From: Felis catus
Lineage: Eukaryota
DNA: 64,000 bases
Assembly (NCBI RefSeq): GCF_018350175.1
Contig: NC_058368.1
Location: forward strand, 65,784,001-65,848,000
Direction: 5' to 3'
Shown here piece after piece: positions 49,940 to 62,690 of this stretch; the first letter of the stretch is position 1, and every line of letters starts with the position of its first letter. The translations under genes and the position numbers were made by a program. A model generated the notes under the pieces. That model did no database searches and was not told the DNA's origin. It was given only the letters and a program-made list of their open reading frames with translations.

Positions 49940-50500
49940 GGCAAGGGTAAAAAGACTGGGAGAATAGGTAAGCAGCTAGGCAGGGCCCAGGTCCTGAAGG
50001 GCTTTCTGTGCTATGGTAGATGGTGCATTAATCTAAGAGAAATGGAAGCCAGTAGGGCAATCCAGCATGAAAGGTAGAGATCTGATTGATCTCTTAAAAG
50101 ATGGCAAGATGACCCCAGGAAACAATGAACTATGGAGGGATGAGATGAAGAAGAGAAAACTGGTGGGAAGGTACTGAATGATTCAGGGAAAGATGATGGT
50201 GTTTGAACCAGGAGAGTAGCAGGAAACGTAGAGACAAGTACTGAGATTCAGATTTTATTTTGGAGGTAGCACCTATAACTTTGCAATAGTCTGGGTATGA
50301 GAGAAGGAAAAGGAAAAAATAAAAGTCAATCATAGCTTCCAGGTTTGGATGTAACCTGGGAAGGTGGTGGTAACTTATACCAAGGATGGTGCCGATATCT
50401 GGGAGACAAAAGAAAAGTTCAGGTTTGTTTCTTTCATTCAAAATGCCTAATTGGTGAGGATCTTGAGTGAGCAACTGACTATAGGAGTGTGGGTTAGGAA
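49940..50500 (-). mobile_element. L2 fragment
   Basis: Purine-rich L2-antisense-like body (agatgatggtgtttgaaccagg...gagattcagattttattttggaggtag). Confidence 0.65.
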
Positions 50501-51360
50501 ATGCAGGAGAAGATATTCACGCCCTACAGTATCTGGAGCTGTCAATTGTCCATGAGAATTTACCGTGTGCTCATAATATGCCTAATCCTAGACTGTGACT
50601 CTTCAGGAAATAAAAGAATGGCATGGCTTCTACTAGCGAGCAACTTTAAATGTACATGTGAATACAGCACAGGACTTAAGTATTTGAATGAACAACTTTC
50701 AGTATGCAACTTACAGCACACAGTTAAAGGCAGATATGTGCAAAAAATGCCTAGAGGCATTCAGAGAAAGCTGTGACAGACCAGCACCTACACAGAATAC
50801 GTGGGTGCCACAGATTGCAAATGAAATGGGTTGCTCCAAGGAAAGTGAGATTTATTGGCCTTGGTCCAAGCAACAGCCCTACTACTCTATCAGCTAGGAG
50901 AGAAGTAAACTCAAGAACAAGTGAGGGTTTTGGTTGTGATTTTAGGAATTAGGAGAAACACACTCTTTTCTCCATAGAGACCCATTTGCTTTGCTCACAG
51001 CTGCAAAGAAAGAAGTTAAAACTCTTTGAAAAGGCATTTTAAGGCCTTTTTTATGAAGCAGCAAAAATATTTGGAATGTAGAAACATGTCTTGTAAAATC
51101 AGTCATTGAGAACACAGCAACACGTATGAGGCGATCTTTAAATGTCAATAATAAGTGCAAAAATAGACTTTAGGTTAATGAAGGTGACATTATCATATTC
51201 AGTCTATTACCCAGTATTTGTCTGAACAAACTCAAAGAAGCAAAAGTTAAAAATACATCAATTATGCCCAGTTAGGTGTCAAATGCTTGGAGCTCTTCTT
51301 GGGCCTTTCAAATAAGATAATTGTGGAGTACTATTCAGTTCACAACTTAAAAAAATAGTA

Positions 51361-51581
51361 ATTAATGCTTATTTATTTTTGAGAGAGAGAGAGAGAAAGA
51401 CAGAGCAAGACAGAGCATGAGTGGGGAAGGGCAGAGAGAGAGGGAGACACAGAATCGGAAGCAGGCTCTTGGCCCTGAGCTGTCAGCACAGAGCCTGATG
51501 GGGGGTTGAAATTCATGAACCACGAGATCATGACCTGAGCTGAAGTCTGGGGCTTAACTGACTGAACCACCCAGGCGCCCC
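51361..51581 (-). mobile_element. Can-SINE
   Basis: TSD tcagttcacaa at 51335-51345 and 51582-51592. Confidence 0.95.
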
Positions 51582-54500
51582 TCAGTTCACAATTTTGAAA
51601 CAGAAGATTGTTTCCCAGTGGGAAATCTGTATTTCACAGAGCATAATATTTTGGGGTTAGTCTCTGTCAATGTGGACACTACAGATTCCAGTATCTTTAT
51701 TTCAGTTATGTATATGTTAAAATAGAAGAGGTCTACTCTCCAATTCAAAAGAACTAGAAGCCTATAAGGAAATTCTCAGGTTTGAGGATAGCAGAAAAAA
51801 ATACATATATAGCAGATTTCTTACTGTTAATTCAGATTTTAGTTATGAAGTATTAATGAGTTATTGGTGAATTAAAATAACATATGTGTCTTGGGGTGTT
51901 TTCTTCACTTATTACATTCAAGGGGAATCATAGTGCCATATATAAAGTGTACCTGGATACTTTGATTAAAAAAAAAGTGGTAATTGAAGAAGAGAGAACC
52001 GAGTATTTTTATTACTAAAACATTGGCAAGTTTACTGACAGTTTCTGCAGATAAATTAACTTGTTAATGATGAGGAATCAGAACATTTTCCCAACAAACT
52101 GACAAACCTAAACCATAGGCATCTCTTGATATTTGCACAGTGAGACCAGGCTGTACTATAGGGTCTCTCATATCCGTGATATGGGGAAAGATGTGAAAAA
52201 TGTGTTCCAGATCATGGATGGTGCTCTTAAAAAAAACATGTCTGTGAAAAATGTGTTAGCTCTTCAGTTGTGGTTATAACAAATATAAAATGTAGTTCAA
52301 GGTCCTTGAATGACAATCATTTTTTAAAGCATTATAAAAAAGTATACTGGACCTTGTCGCCATCATCACAGCCTGGTAAAGGGTCTCACACACACCCACA
52401 CTGTAGCTTTCTTCCCCATCCGTGAGTGATCTCAAGGAGAAACGCTAGTGAACAAAAGCTCTTTTAGAACCACCTCCCTCTTTTGGGTCAAGACTACAAC
52501 TTTTACTTCAATAAATGGTCCTACTCTTAACTCCCTTTAATGTAACTTTATGACATAAGACTTAGCACATGCCTAATATAGATTCAGGGCATTATTCTAA
52601 ACCAAAGAAAATACTAAGATGAATAAGACACACTTCTGGAACTAGAGGGAAGCCCAATGTAATGGAAAGGATGGCATATTCACGTTAATTACAATGCAGC
52701 GTTTTAAGTACAAAGGCCGGAACAATTGATTGTAAATGGAGAAGGAGAACGTCAGCTCAGAGGAGCACATTTGAGTTGGGCCTTCGGGTGTGGAAAGGTT
52801 TCTACACAAGCAACAAAGAACAGAAAGGTTATCCAGGCAGGGGGAACAGCAAATTGGAGGGAAGGCTAAAGTGCTTGCAGTGAAAAAGTGGTTTCAGGGG
52901 ACATTTGTAGAAATACAGTTTCTGAAAAGGGAAGACAGTAAAGACCCTCCATATCACCCTCTGCTTTCTTGTTCCCAGTAAAATGTTAGCTGTTCACACT
53001 GTGATCAGTTCATTGGTGGATGAGTACTGATACCTATTGTGTGGGATCTATAGAATTATCGGTATTCAATGATGCTCTTTGATTCATGTGTATGCACTTA
53101 TTCATCCATTCATTCATTTAAAAATAGCACTGGGTTGCTACTATGTTGTAGAGATGACCCTGTCTTGTAGAAGCGTACAGGAAACAAATGGTTTTCTTAA
53201 CTTTCTCCTCCCTTTTAAGTCAGGACTAAAGAGATGTTCCCTTACAAGAGATTCAAATGTTTCCAAGGTAGATGTGATATATCCTGAGATATATTAATTA
53301 CAATAGTGTTTAAGTCAGCATTGCTATTGATGTTTTGAGGTGAAAGGCATATATAATGTACACTTATTTCCAGAGAAATTCAGTACCAACAGTGTTTAAC
53401 ACCAATGCTTGTGTTTAAAAAATACTACTAAATAGTGTTAAATGGGAACCTGACAAAAACAGTCCCATCTCCGCACCCACTGATTTTTTTTCTCCCCACA
53501 GCTCACTAATTAAAATGTTAAAACATCTTGAGGTATGTGACTCTCCTGTTTGTTTTGTTAGAAGAGAATATGAAAACCAGTGTTGACACACTGACAGTCT
53601 GTTGACAGTTTTGGCTTCCAGAGTGTTTGGAAGACTGCTCCCACAGTATTACCTTTGCAACAAGGTCAGACTGAGTGTAAGCTTGCTTAGATTGTGATAG
53701 GGAAAGCGACTCAGGGTGAAATGGCACTTCTAGGGACTCCAGTGAGTCTGTACATCACTGTCCCTCCCCGGGAGTTGTTGGAAATTAATTTTCCGCCCAC
53801 GGTGTTAGTCCCTAATGATTTTACCCAGGGAATGAGGCAGAATTAGGGGGGTTTTTAAAAAGAAAAGGTTCTAAAGAATGGCCTAGCAAATTTAGAGTTA
53901 TGCGAATGTAATGTAGTAAACAGAGCTGTTGAATGAAATTCTTCTCTTTCTAAGCCACGTTTTTTGCAATATTAGCAAGAAAGGAGGATGCTGTTCAATC
54001 TGGGTCCTCTTTCTAGCAGTGGAGTGTGGCAAAGAGCTCCTCCCACACCTCAATGTTGGTAACATTCTCACCTCTCAGCTTGTCCCTGTGGCTGTCCTTA
54101 GTTTTCTATCGTTTCTAAGTGGAGGGCAGGTTACCACATCAGTGGTTTTGTGTCAGTGGTTTTCTTCCTTCTCTAAAGCTGGGCGGGTCAGGTCCACAGG
54201 ACTTCCAAAGCTCTGCTTCCCTCTTGCCGTGGGAGAATCAGACTGCATGATGATGGGGAGCCTTAATCAGGGAAACTTGGTCCTACATTCCTTCTCATGG
54301 GCAGCAGGTGCACAAGCTATGCTGGTGTGTGTGGGAGAGTGCATCCTGAAGATTTAATTACCTGGATTAAGTGAAAATCAGTAAAATGGGTATATGGACA
54401 CTAGAGGCGAGCTTCTTAGGACAACTAGACCTATTGGGAAATCAAATGGTTCATGGTGGCGGGCCCAGGAACACCATCCTGGCATGGAGTGATGACCCCT

Positions 54501-55861
54501 GTGTTGCTCCTTACCAGCCACAGGACTCAGCTTCTGAATTTTTTAATGTTCGTACCACTAATCTATAAAATGAGGAATAATATTGACTTGGCAAGATTAT
54601 TACAAGGATAATATCTGAGAAATCGGTTTGAAATAATGGCCTATTAAAATGTGCAGCGTTCTAGTCTAGGATATTTTTCTTCTAGACCATATCCCACGTG
54701 TCTTTTGTCTCCACAAAAACATTTCTGCTGTGGATCACATCTTTTTCCGTTATGGGGTCTATATCCTTGGAAGTTTCTATATGTTTTGATTGAATTGTTC
54801 AGCCATTCACAACCAGGGCACTAAGTCATCCATTTAATGTAATGAATTAATTCTAGAATGGTACTCGATGCATTCCATACTTGAGAGAATTGTGAAAATA
54901 GCCTCTCAAATCCTGTTTTCTATTCTCTGCTGAGAAAGGCTGCAAGACATTAACCTGCTCTTTTTCTCTGAATGGACAAGTTAAAGGAAACTAAAAAAAC
55001 AAAAAAAAAATCAAGTGAAAGATTAAATATTTTATTTTATATCCCCTTGTTTGAGAATATATTTCAGAATGTCTCTATTGGCTAGTTGTGTGACTTCTAT
55101 GCTAAGAATATAGATGGACAGTAGTATTATGCCCTTTGAACATTATATATTATGTAGAGGGCTAGGGCAGAAACAAAATTGTAAATGTTGATAAGATGTG
55201 TCTTGCAGTAATTAGCAGAGAACCAAGAACTTTTAATAATACCTATTAACCACTTTTATGATGGCCATGAAAATGATGGAGGACTGAGAGTCTAAAATAG
55301 TAGCAATTATCAAATAAAAAGAAATCTAAGCTATAGGGTTATTTCACATTGCCAGATTATTTTCTTAATTATTTGAGCAAATAAACTGATTCACATCTTT
55401 GTAATATGAATCCACATTTTACTTTTACTTTGCTAAGAAATGTTCAGCATTCGTTCTCAGATTATTAAGTCATTTTGCTGTAGATGTTGGCCAATATTAA
55501 AAAAGTCTTTATATATCTATTAATGTCCTTGTACCTATTAAACACTGCCCACAGATCATGTGTGCATGTACACGCACACATGTGCATTGCTTTCACCTAA
55601 GGATTATAATTTCAACGCCGTAGAAGAAAAATCCTTAAAAGCCAGAGGCAACGGATAACTTAGCTCATGATTTTGCCCTGGCGTTTATTCTTACATCCTT
55701 TCCACGTTCATTTCCAACTTCAAATTTATGATGAATTTTATGACGGTATAAGGTTTAAAGAGAAGCAGTAATTTAAAAGATGCCCAGACAAAAGACAAGT
55801 AAAATTTTTATGAAATGCTTTTCAGAACAACCGTGGACTGAGAGGTGGAACCATTGCCATA

Positions 55862-56045
55862 CAATGGTTCTCTAAGTGTGGCCTGTCACCAGCAGCAGCA
55901 TCACCCCAGAGCTTGTTAGACAAACCGGTTTCAGGGCCCTGCACAGATTGTACTGTGTCACACACTCGGGGGTGGAGCCCAGCAGTCTGGTGTCGCCATC
56001 CCTGCAGGTGACTCTGCTACATGGTCAGGATTGAGAAGCAGCTTC
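55862..56045 (+). mobile_element. MER5A hAT element
   Basis: caatggttctctaagtgtggc...ccagcagcagcatcacc...gcttgttaga...ggggtggagcccagcagtctg...caggtgactctg...ttgagaagc. Confidence 0.85.
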
Positions 56046-56148
56046 TAATGGCTCACCCTCTCACGTAAATATTAAATCCAAATCTGGTCCTCACAGTTCA
56101 GTACACATGCATCAGCACTTTAAACACCACATTCTAAGGGGAATATAG

Positions 56149-56737
56149 TGTTAAATAACAAAAAAATCGACCAAGTAAAATCAAAGTGGCCTTATTAATC
56201 AATTCATGAAATAGGCAGCATCCCATCAAGCAATAGAGAGGAGTTCCAAAGGGCTACGGAAAAGGAAAGGCAGGGACGACGCCTGGATGGCTCAGTCTGT
56301 TAAGAGTCCAACTCTTCATTTCAGCTCAGGTCATCATATCACAGTTCATGAGTTTAAGCCCCCTCCCCCCCCATAGGACTCTGTGCTGATAGTGTGGAGC
56401 CTGCTTGGGATTCTCTCTCTGTCCCTCCCCCTGCTCACGTGTGCAAACACACACTCTTTGTCTCTCAAATGAATAAACGTTAAAAAGAAAAGGAAAAGCT
56501 TTTAAAGTAGAGAGGGAGTGAATAGAGGAAACTATGGCAGAGAATCCATTGTTTAGGCAATGCCATCCTCGTAATGGGAATGAAAGAGGTCTATGAGTAA
56601 ATTTCCTGGTACTGACCAGACAATTCGCAGATTGCCTGGTAAAAGGTTACATTTCTGGGGAATTGAAGCCATGGTTTACTGACTTGGGGCCGTAATCTAA
56701 GTGAAGTCAATTTGGGCCTGTGGTTTTCTTTGTAACA
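56149..56737. mobile_element. Probable ERV solo LTR, interrupted by a SINE
   Basis: Begins TGTTA (56149) and ends TAACA (56737), i.e. TG...CA with 5-bp terminal inverted repeats. Internal sequence resembles an antisense ERV1-class LTR. No clean TSD. Confidence 0.6.
56272..56487 (+). mobile_element. Can-SINE inside the LTR
   Basis: Head gacgcctggatggctcag; approximate TSD gaaaaggaaa(g/a)gc. Confidence 0.9.
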
Positions 56738-57150
56738 CTGGAAAGGAGGGGAAGAACTTCCAGTTTACTTTGAAAAATCCGAGTTGTGTTTCAGGGACAT
56801 CAGTAATGTAATGGAGGCAAGAGGTTCGAGAGGGGGATGATGCAGGAGAACTCATTCATATTGCCAGCTCTTGGGATCATGATTGGTTTTGTAACCAATC
56901 TGTGGAGATGGTAATATATCTGCAGCTGCCTATGACAGTCACTTAACTTGGAAGACTCCCAGTATACAAGGATCTAACAGAACAGACGAGGTGCCATGTT
57001 GTTTAAGGCACCAAGTACTACTGTAGGTTCACTCAGTACATGTGAGTATGAGGATGTTTATAGTCAGCTTTAGGTTCATTTAAATATTTTATTTTAAAGA
57101 TATATTCATATTACTATTCATGCTTTTCAAGACACTTATTTAAAAAAAAA

Positions 57151-57349
57151 TTTTTTTAGCGTTTATTTTTGAGAGAAACAGAGCATGAGTGGGGGAGGGG
57201 CAGGGAGAGAGGGAGACACAGAATTTGAAGCAGGCTCCAGGCTGTAAGCAGTCAACACAGACCTGAAGCAGGGATCAAACCCACGAACCGTGAGATCATG
57301 ACCCGAACCGAAGTTGTATGCTTAACGGACTGAGCCACCCACATGTCCC
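57151..57349 (-). mobile_element. Can-SINE
   Basis: Typical antisense SINE body; degenerate ttcaaga...ctt flanks. Confidence 0.93.
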
Positions 57350-58408
57350 TCTTCAAGATGCTTTAAAAAGTATTGTCAGCCCCTCCCATTAGTCCTCTGG
57401 GATTGAGCTGTATAAAAAATGCCTTCCACCATATGACAGATGCTTCTAGCATACATATAGTGAAAAGCCCTGTTTAGGAAGTAGGAGTAGTTCTACTTAA
57501 ACCAAACTGCACCAAAATGTGAAATACATGTATATAAACATACATGTGTATAAGCTGTGCCAAAGTAGCCCCCCCCCCATCCATTAGAAAGTGAGGATTA
57601 AATAAACTAATCAAAGGAGTAGGATAATTGAAAACACACAGTGTCTTATAGTCAGTAGATTTGTTTTGTTATGAACATTTGGCCCGGACATTTACAAATA
57701 AGACAGAGGTATTAAAAGGAAAAAACGAAACAAAACACATGTAAACTCTATTACCTCATACAGATTTAAAACCTCTTCCTCCCAGGTGAGTAGGTGTCAT
57801 TCATGTTAATCGGGTTCAGGAAGGCTCTCCATTGCCAATGACGAAGCAATCACCATCTGTGGACAACACGATGTGTACTGATGACCTGTGGGTTGTGTCA
57901 GAATTTTTATATGGGGAAGGCTGTTGAAAAACGTAAAAACTTGATTTGGAAAGGCATCTAGAGAATTGGTTTTGAATTATGCTCAAGGCCAAACATCAAG
58001 AGACCTTGTTTAAAAAAATATATCGTGACCTCAAATAATTTGTAATTTTGGACCTTTTTCCATTTAACAATGGAGAAAGTGAATATATGCTAATGGGAGT
58101 GTTGTGTTTTTAGGTAACAATCACTTCATTTCTACCGTGCAATTTGGGTACTTTAGTATTTTACATAGTGGACATTTTTAGCATGAAATTATGTGTGACA
58201 CGTCTTTGACCTAGAATCACAGTACTAATAGTGGTTGCGTCTGTTTGTTTTCATTGAAATGTGAGCACTTTGACAGAAAACGCTATTCATGGAGTTTTCC
58301 GAAAAGATGGCATTATGAACACATTAAGAGATACCGATTTAAAAATAAAGTAAAAGGACAGTAAGACTGGAAATATTTTTCCGTGGAAGGATTCAGAAGT
58401 AATTTCAA

Positions 58409-58635
58409 GGGGCGCCTGGGTGGCTCAGTCGGTTGAGTGTCCAACTTCGGCTCAGGTCATGATCTCGCAGTTCGTGAGTTCAAGCCCTGTGTCTGGCTCT
58501 GTACTGACAGCTCGGAGCCTGGGGCCTGCTTCGGATTCTGTGTCTCCTTCTCTCTCTGCCCCTTCCCCACTCATGCTCTGTCTCTCTCTCTGTCTCTCAA
58601 AAATGAATAAACGTTAAAAAAAAAAATTAAAAAAA
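58409..58635 (+). mobile_element. Can-SINE (SINEC_Fc-like)
   Basis: ggggcgcctgggtggctcagtcggttgag head, (CT) body, A tail. Confidence 0.96.
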
Positions 58636-59187
58636 GAAGAAAGTGGGAGGAGCTTTCTCCTTCCTCCCTCTTCTGCCCCACAACATAACCTTTTCTCTCC
58701 TCTTTTGAGAATACAAACCAATCAGCTTTAACCTCTTCTTGGCCCCAAAGTGAAATCTATGATTTTTAAAAGAAGGCGTGTGTGTACTTAGATGAAGAAA
58801 ACAACACATATTTGATTTCACGGCGCCAAGCTTGCATTTGCCTCCAGCTTTGCCATCCCGAGAAGAGCTTAAGCTTTTTCATCTTAACTGTGCTGCACCA
58901 TCTTAATTTAAAATGTATGAGGTTTGCCCTGATGTGCTGTTGCATCGGGTTTCTGGTATCAACAGAATCAAAGCGCCTAACTTTGTCATCCACAAAGGGA
59001 TGAATTGTGAATACCAGGTGAATTTTCACAAGTCAACATCCCAACAAAACAAAAAAAGACAAGATTGCTCTGTCGAGAAGGAAAAAGAGTAGCCTTGCCG
59101 AAGAAAAGAGGGAAGTTTTATTTCTGGGACTCCTGGCAGTAACCCAGATCCCGGACCGTAATTATCATTCTGGTTGTTGTTCAATAG

Positions 59188-59370
59188 AGCGGTAATTCTC
59201 AAGCTTTTGTGTGGCAATGAAGCCCTCAAAGGATCTTGTTAAATTGCCCAGTCTGATTTCCTGGTCCTGGGGTGGTGCCTGAGATTCTGCATTTCTTTCT
59301 TTCTTTTTCAAAGTTTATTTATTTTGAGAGAGACAGAGAGAGAGAGAGAGTTGGGGAGGGGCAAGGAGAA

Positions 59371-59428
<58 letters not shown>

Positions 59429-59610
59429 CCAGGTAGGCTCCCCATTGTCAACGCAGAGCCCCACACGGGGCTTGAACTCACGAAACTCTGAGATGATGAG
59501 CTGAAACCAAGAGCAGGACACTTAACCAACTGAGCCACCCAGGTGCCCCTGAGTTTCTGCACTTGTAACCAGCTCCTGATGAAGAGATGGTGCAGAACCA
59601 GTGACCATGT
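59188..59610. mobile_element. MER5A-like element split by a SINE
   Basis: gcggtaattctcaagctt...ctggggtggtgcctgagattctgcatttct [SINE] ...taaccagctcctgatga. Confidence 0.65.
59292..59549 (-). mobile_element. Can-SINE with long (GA)n
   Basis: Head ...gagccacccaggtgcccc; degenerate TSD gagattctgcattt / gagtttctgcactt. Confidence 0.95.
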
Positions 59611-60106
59611 TATGTGATATTTTATAAAGATGTACCCTTTTACACCATCTTCACAGAGGTTAGGTGAAGCCAAGACAAGAAACCAACAGAGGGCAGATGT
59701 TTTTTCCCATTACAGTGCAACGTGTAGAACAGGGAAATGAAAACTTGGGGGCCTCAACTGTTTCTTCCATAAGTTGGAAGTTCCTTCTAGACCAATAATT
59801 TATGATTCCATGACGCACTACATAAATACTCTACAAATGAATGAGTGAGGGAATGAATAACACGTGAGTGACCAGGTTACTTGTAAAGGAGTGTACTCTG
59901 TCTTCTTCCAGTTTTTTCTATAGAGAACTTAGCGTGGGGGGACATTTGAATCATTTCATGAGGTTTGGGGAAAGGGAAAATGTGAAGTAGTGGTTTGAGA
60001 GACAGAGTGAGTGGAGGGAAGGAAAGAGAGTAGGTCAACCAGGCAACGTTTTAAGTGTTAGTTTTAGTTTGGAGACCATGAATTTAAGACCAGCCCTTAA
60101 GGATGG

Positions 60107-60126
60107 ATATAGATATAGATACAGAT

Positions 60127-60177
<51 letters not shown>

Positions 60178-60766
60178 TAGATATAGATATCTATATATCT
60201 ATATCTGTATCTATATATAGATAGATCTATATATAGATCTATATAGATCTATATATAGATCTATCTATATATAGATACATATATATCTATAGATACATAT
60301 AGATATATCTATAGATACATATATATAGATACATATAGATACATATGTATAGATCTATAGATACATATATATAGATACATATATATCTATAGATCTATAG
60401 ATAGATCTATCTATATAGATATAGATATAGATATATAGATATAGATATAGATATATAGATATAGATATAGATATATATGTATAGATCTATAGATACATAT
60501 ATATAGATATAGATATAGATATATAGATATAGATATAGATATATATGTATAGATCTATAGATACATATATATAGATACATATATATCTATAGATCTATAG
60601 ATAGATCTATCTATATAGATATAGATATAGATATAGATATAGATATAGATATAGATATAGATATAGATATATAGATATAGATATATAGATATATAGATAT
60701 CTGTATCTGTATATACATATACATATACATATATATAGATATCTGTATATGTATATACACATACAT
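60107..60766. repeat. Large compound (GATA)n/(ATAGAT)n/(TA)n simple repeat inside an L2 remnant
   Basis: Direct reading; see findings for internal structure. Confidence 0.97.
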
Positions 60767-61911
60767 AGTTGTTGTCTTTTGTTGCTTTGTAATCACAAGT
60801 GAGAGTGAGTGACTTTAGAATACGAAAATGAAAACGTTTGGGTCTCAAGTTCCATTTTGACAAAGGTCACAGTTTTGTTAGTTTTAGCAAGGTTTTACAG
60901 TGTGGCCAGGGAATTGAAGCTTACAAGAAGGAAAGTGAGGTCCTGAGGTGCTGAGGGGCAGAGGAGAGATAGCAGAATAATGGGTTGTACATCCCAGGGC
61001 ATTAGACATTCCCGAAGGAATGTTCGAGCGGGAGTAGCAGAAGGGAAGAGAGTGGAGTCCTGGAAATTGAGATTATGGGAGGGTAGCTGTTATTAGTAAT
61101 GGCAAGATCTAGGGTATGACTGAAAGTCACATGATGCCACTTTTCTGCTCCCAGGAATTGTGAAGGTGATGAAGGTATGAGAAAGAGAAGCTGAATGTAA
61201 CCGCTTTGAAGATGTATTTTCCAATTGGGACCGGATTTAAAAGTGACACCGGCCTTCCGTGCACCCAGTTACTTGACTTGTACATGTGTAAATGACATGC
61301 AGTATTTGACAGAGCTAACTCTGAAGTTTCAGCCAAGAAAGGTGATAAGAAGTGGAATTTTAAACCCTGGGAAATTAGGTCAGTCAATCATATAAAAATA
61401 GGAGTTAATAAGCATCAGATGCCACTTTGTCCAACTCTGTTAGATTTTGCCATGCGAAAAGAATTCTAGGCCGTGCAAATCATGCATTTGCTGTGCCATG
61501 AGGGCCTAAAGGGGTTCTCTGCTGTTGCCACACTACACCTTCCATGAAGTAAGTACACGTGGTGACAGATGAGGTTGCTGGGAGTGTGTTGCATCCACAA
61601 CCCTGACGGCCCCTTACCCCTCACCTGGACACAGCACCAAGACTTATGGTTCTATATGCAAAACGTTACAAAGCGACATAGTCTATCTTAGGGTAATCTT
61701 TTGTCATTTCATGCCCAAGTGTTGAACACTTTATCTGCTACTAAAATCTGTTTTTTCTTGGGGGTGAGTAGCCTCTCAATTAATGATTCACATTTACAAA
61801 GGTGCAGTGTATTAAAGCAAAGGCAGCTGCCTCTGCTAACCTGGACATTGTATTGTCCCCATCTCTTCAAGTTGAATGGGTTTATCATTCAAGTACATTA
61901 GTTAATGGCAA

Positions 61912-62226
61912 AAAATGTCGTAGTTGTGTTACTTGTTAAAACAACTTGCTTGGGTGAAGTTCTCCCTCATTTAAAACTCTTTTAAATCTAAGTTATTTAT
62001 GGGATACACACACACACACACACAGATATATCTTTATATACATACACACACACACATACACACATTTAAAATGTTATAGTTGTGTTACTTGTTAAAACAA
62101 CTTGTTTGGGTGAAGTTCTCCCTCATTTAAAACTCTTTTAAATCTAAGTTATTTATGGGATACACACACACACACACAGATATATCTTTATATACATGTA
62201 TACCCACACACACATATACACATTTA
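61912..62226. repeat. Tandem duplication, 156-bp unit x2
   Basis: tagttgtgttacttgttaaaacaac begins at 61921 and again at 62077. Confidence 0.97.
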
Positions 62227-62519
62227 TATATATAAATATATATGGGTTAAATTTAATACATTTACTGCTTTTTTGAAAATTCCCAATTTTAGTTCTAGCT
62301 GCAAAGAAGATACATAACTACATAAAGTTATTTAAACCACATGTAATAATCCACATACTGATTTTTAACTGTCGTTTATGACTAGATACTGCCGTTCTGA
62401 GGTATATGAAGTTATCAGTGCATCCAACACTTGCTGCCTTTTCATTTATTAGCAAGGAAGATAAATGAGTTGGTCTATACTCTAAGGCAAAGACAGCTTG
62501 CAGAGAGCTGAGTAAAGTG

Positions 62520-62690
62520 ACGTGATAGAAGGCATTTGGATTTGGGGTCAGATAACCTGGGTCCCAAAATTGCTCTGTGCCTCAGATTCCTCTTCAGTAA
62601 ATGAGGATAGAAATACCTATGATCGAGCAGGACTGAGGATTACAGACCATATACATACTGCACCTTGTATAGCACCTGGCTCTGTAAATC
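62520..62690 (+). mobile_element. MIR fragment
   Basis: ggggtcagataacctgggt...ctctgtgcctcagattcctcttcagtaaatgaggata...agcacctggc. Confidence 0.7.

Noticed and set aside
5735..59673. Recurrent ORFs beginning MAQSV.../MAQLV... or rich in SLSLSL/ERERER (e.g. 6756, 13394, 14299, 21764, 37765, 51373, 58420, 59308)
   Set aside because: They are translations of Can-SINE bodies and (CT)n/(GA)n tracts, many opened at GTG/TTG starts. They are not a gene family.
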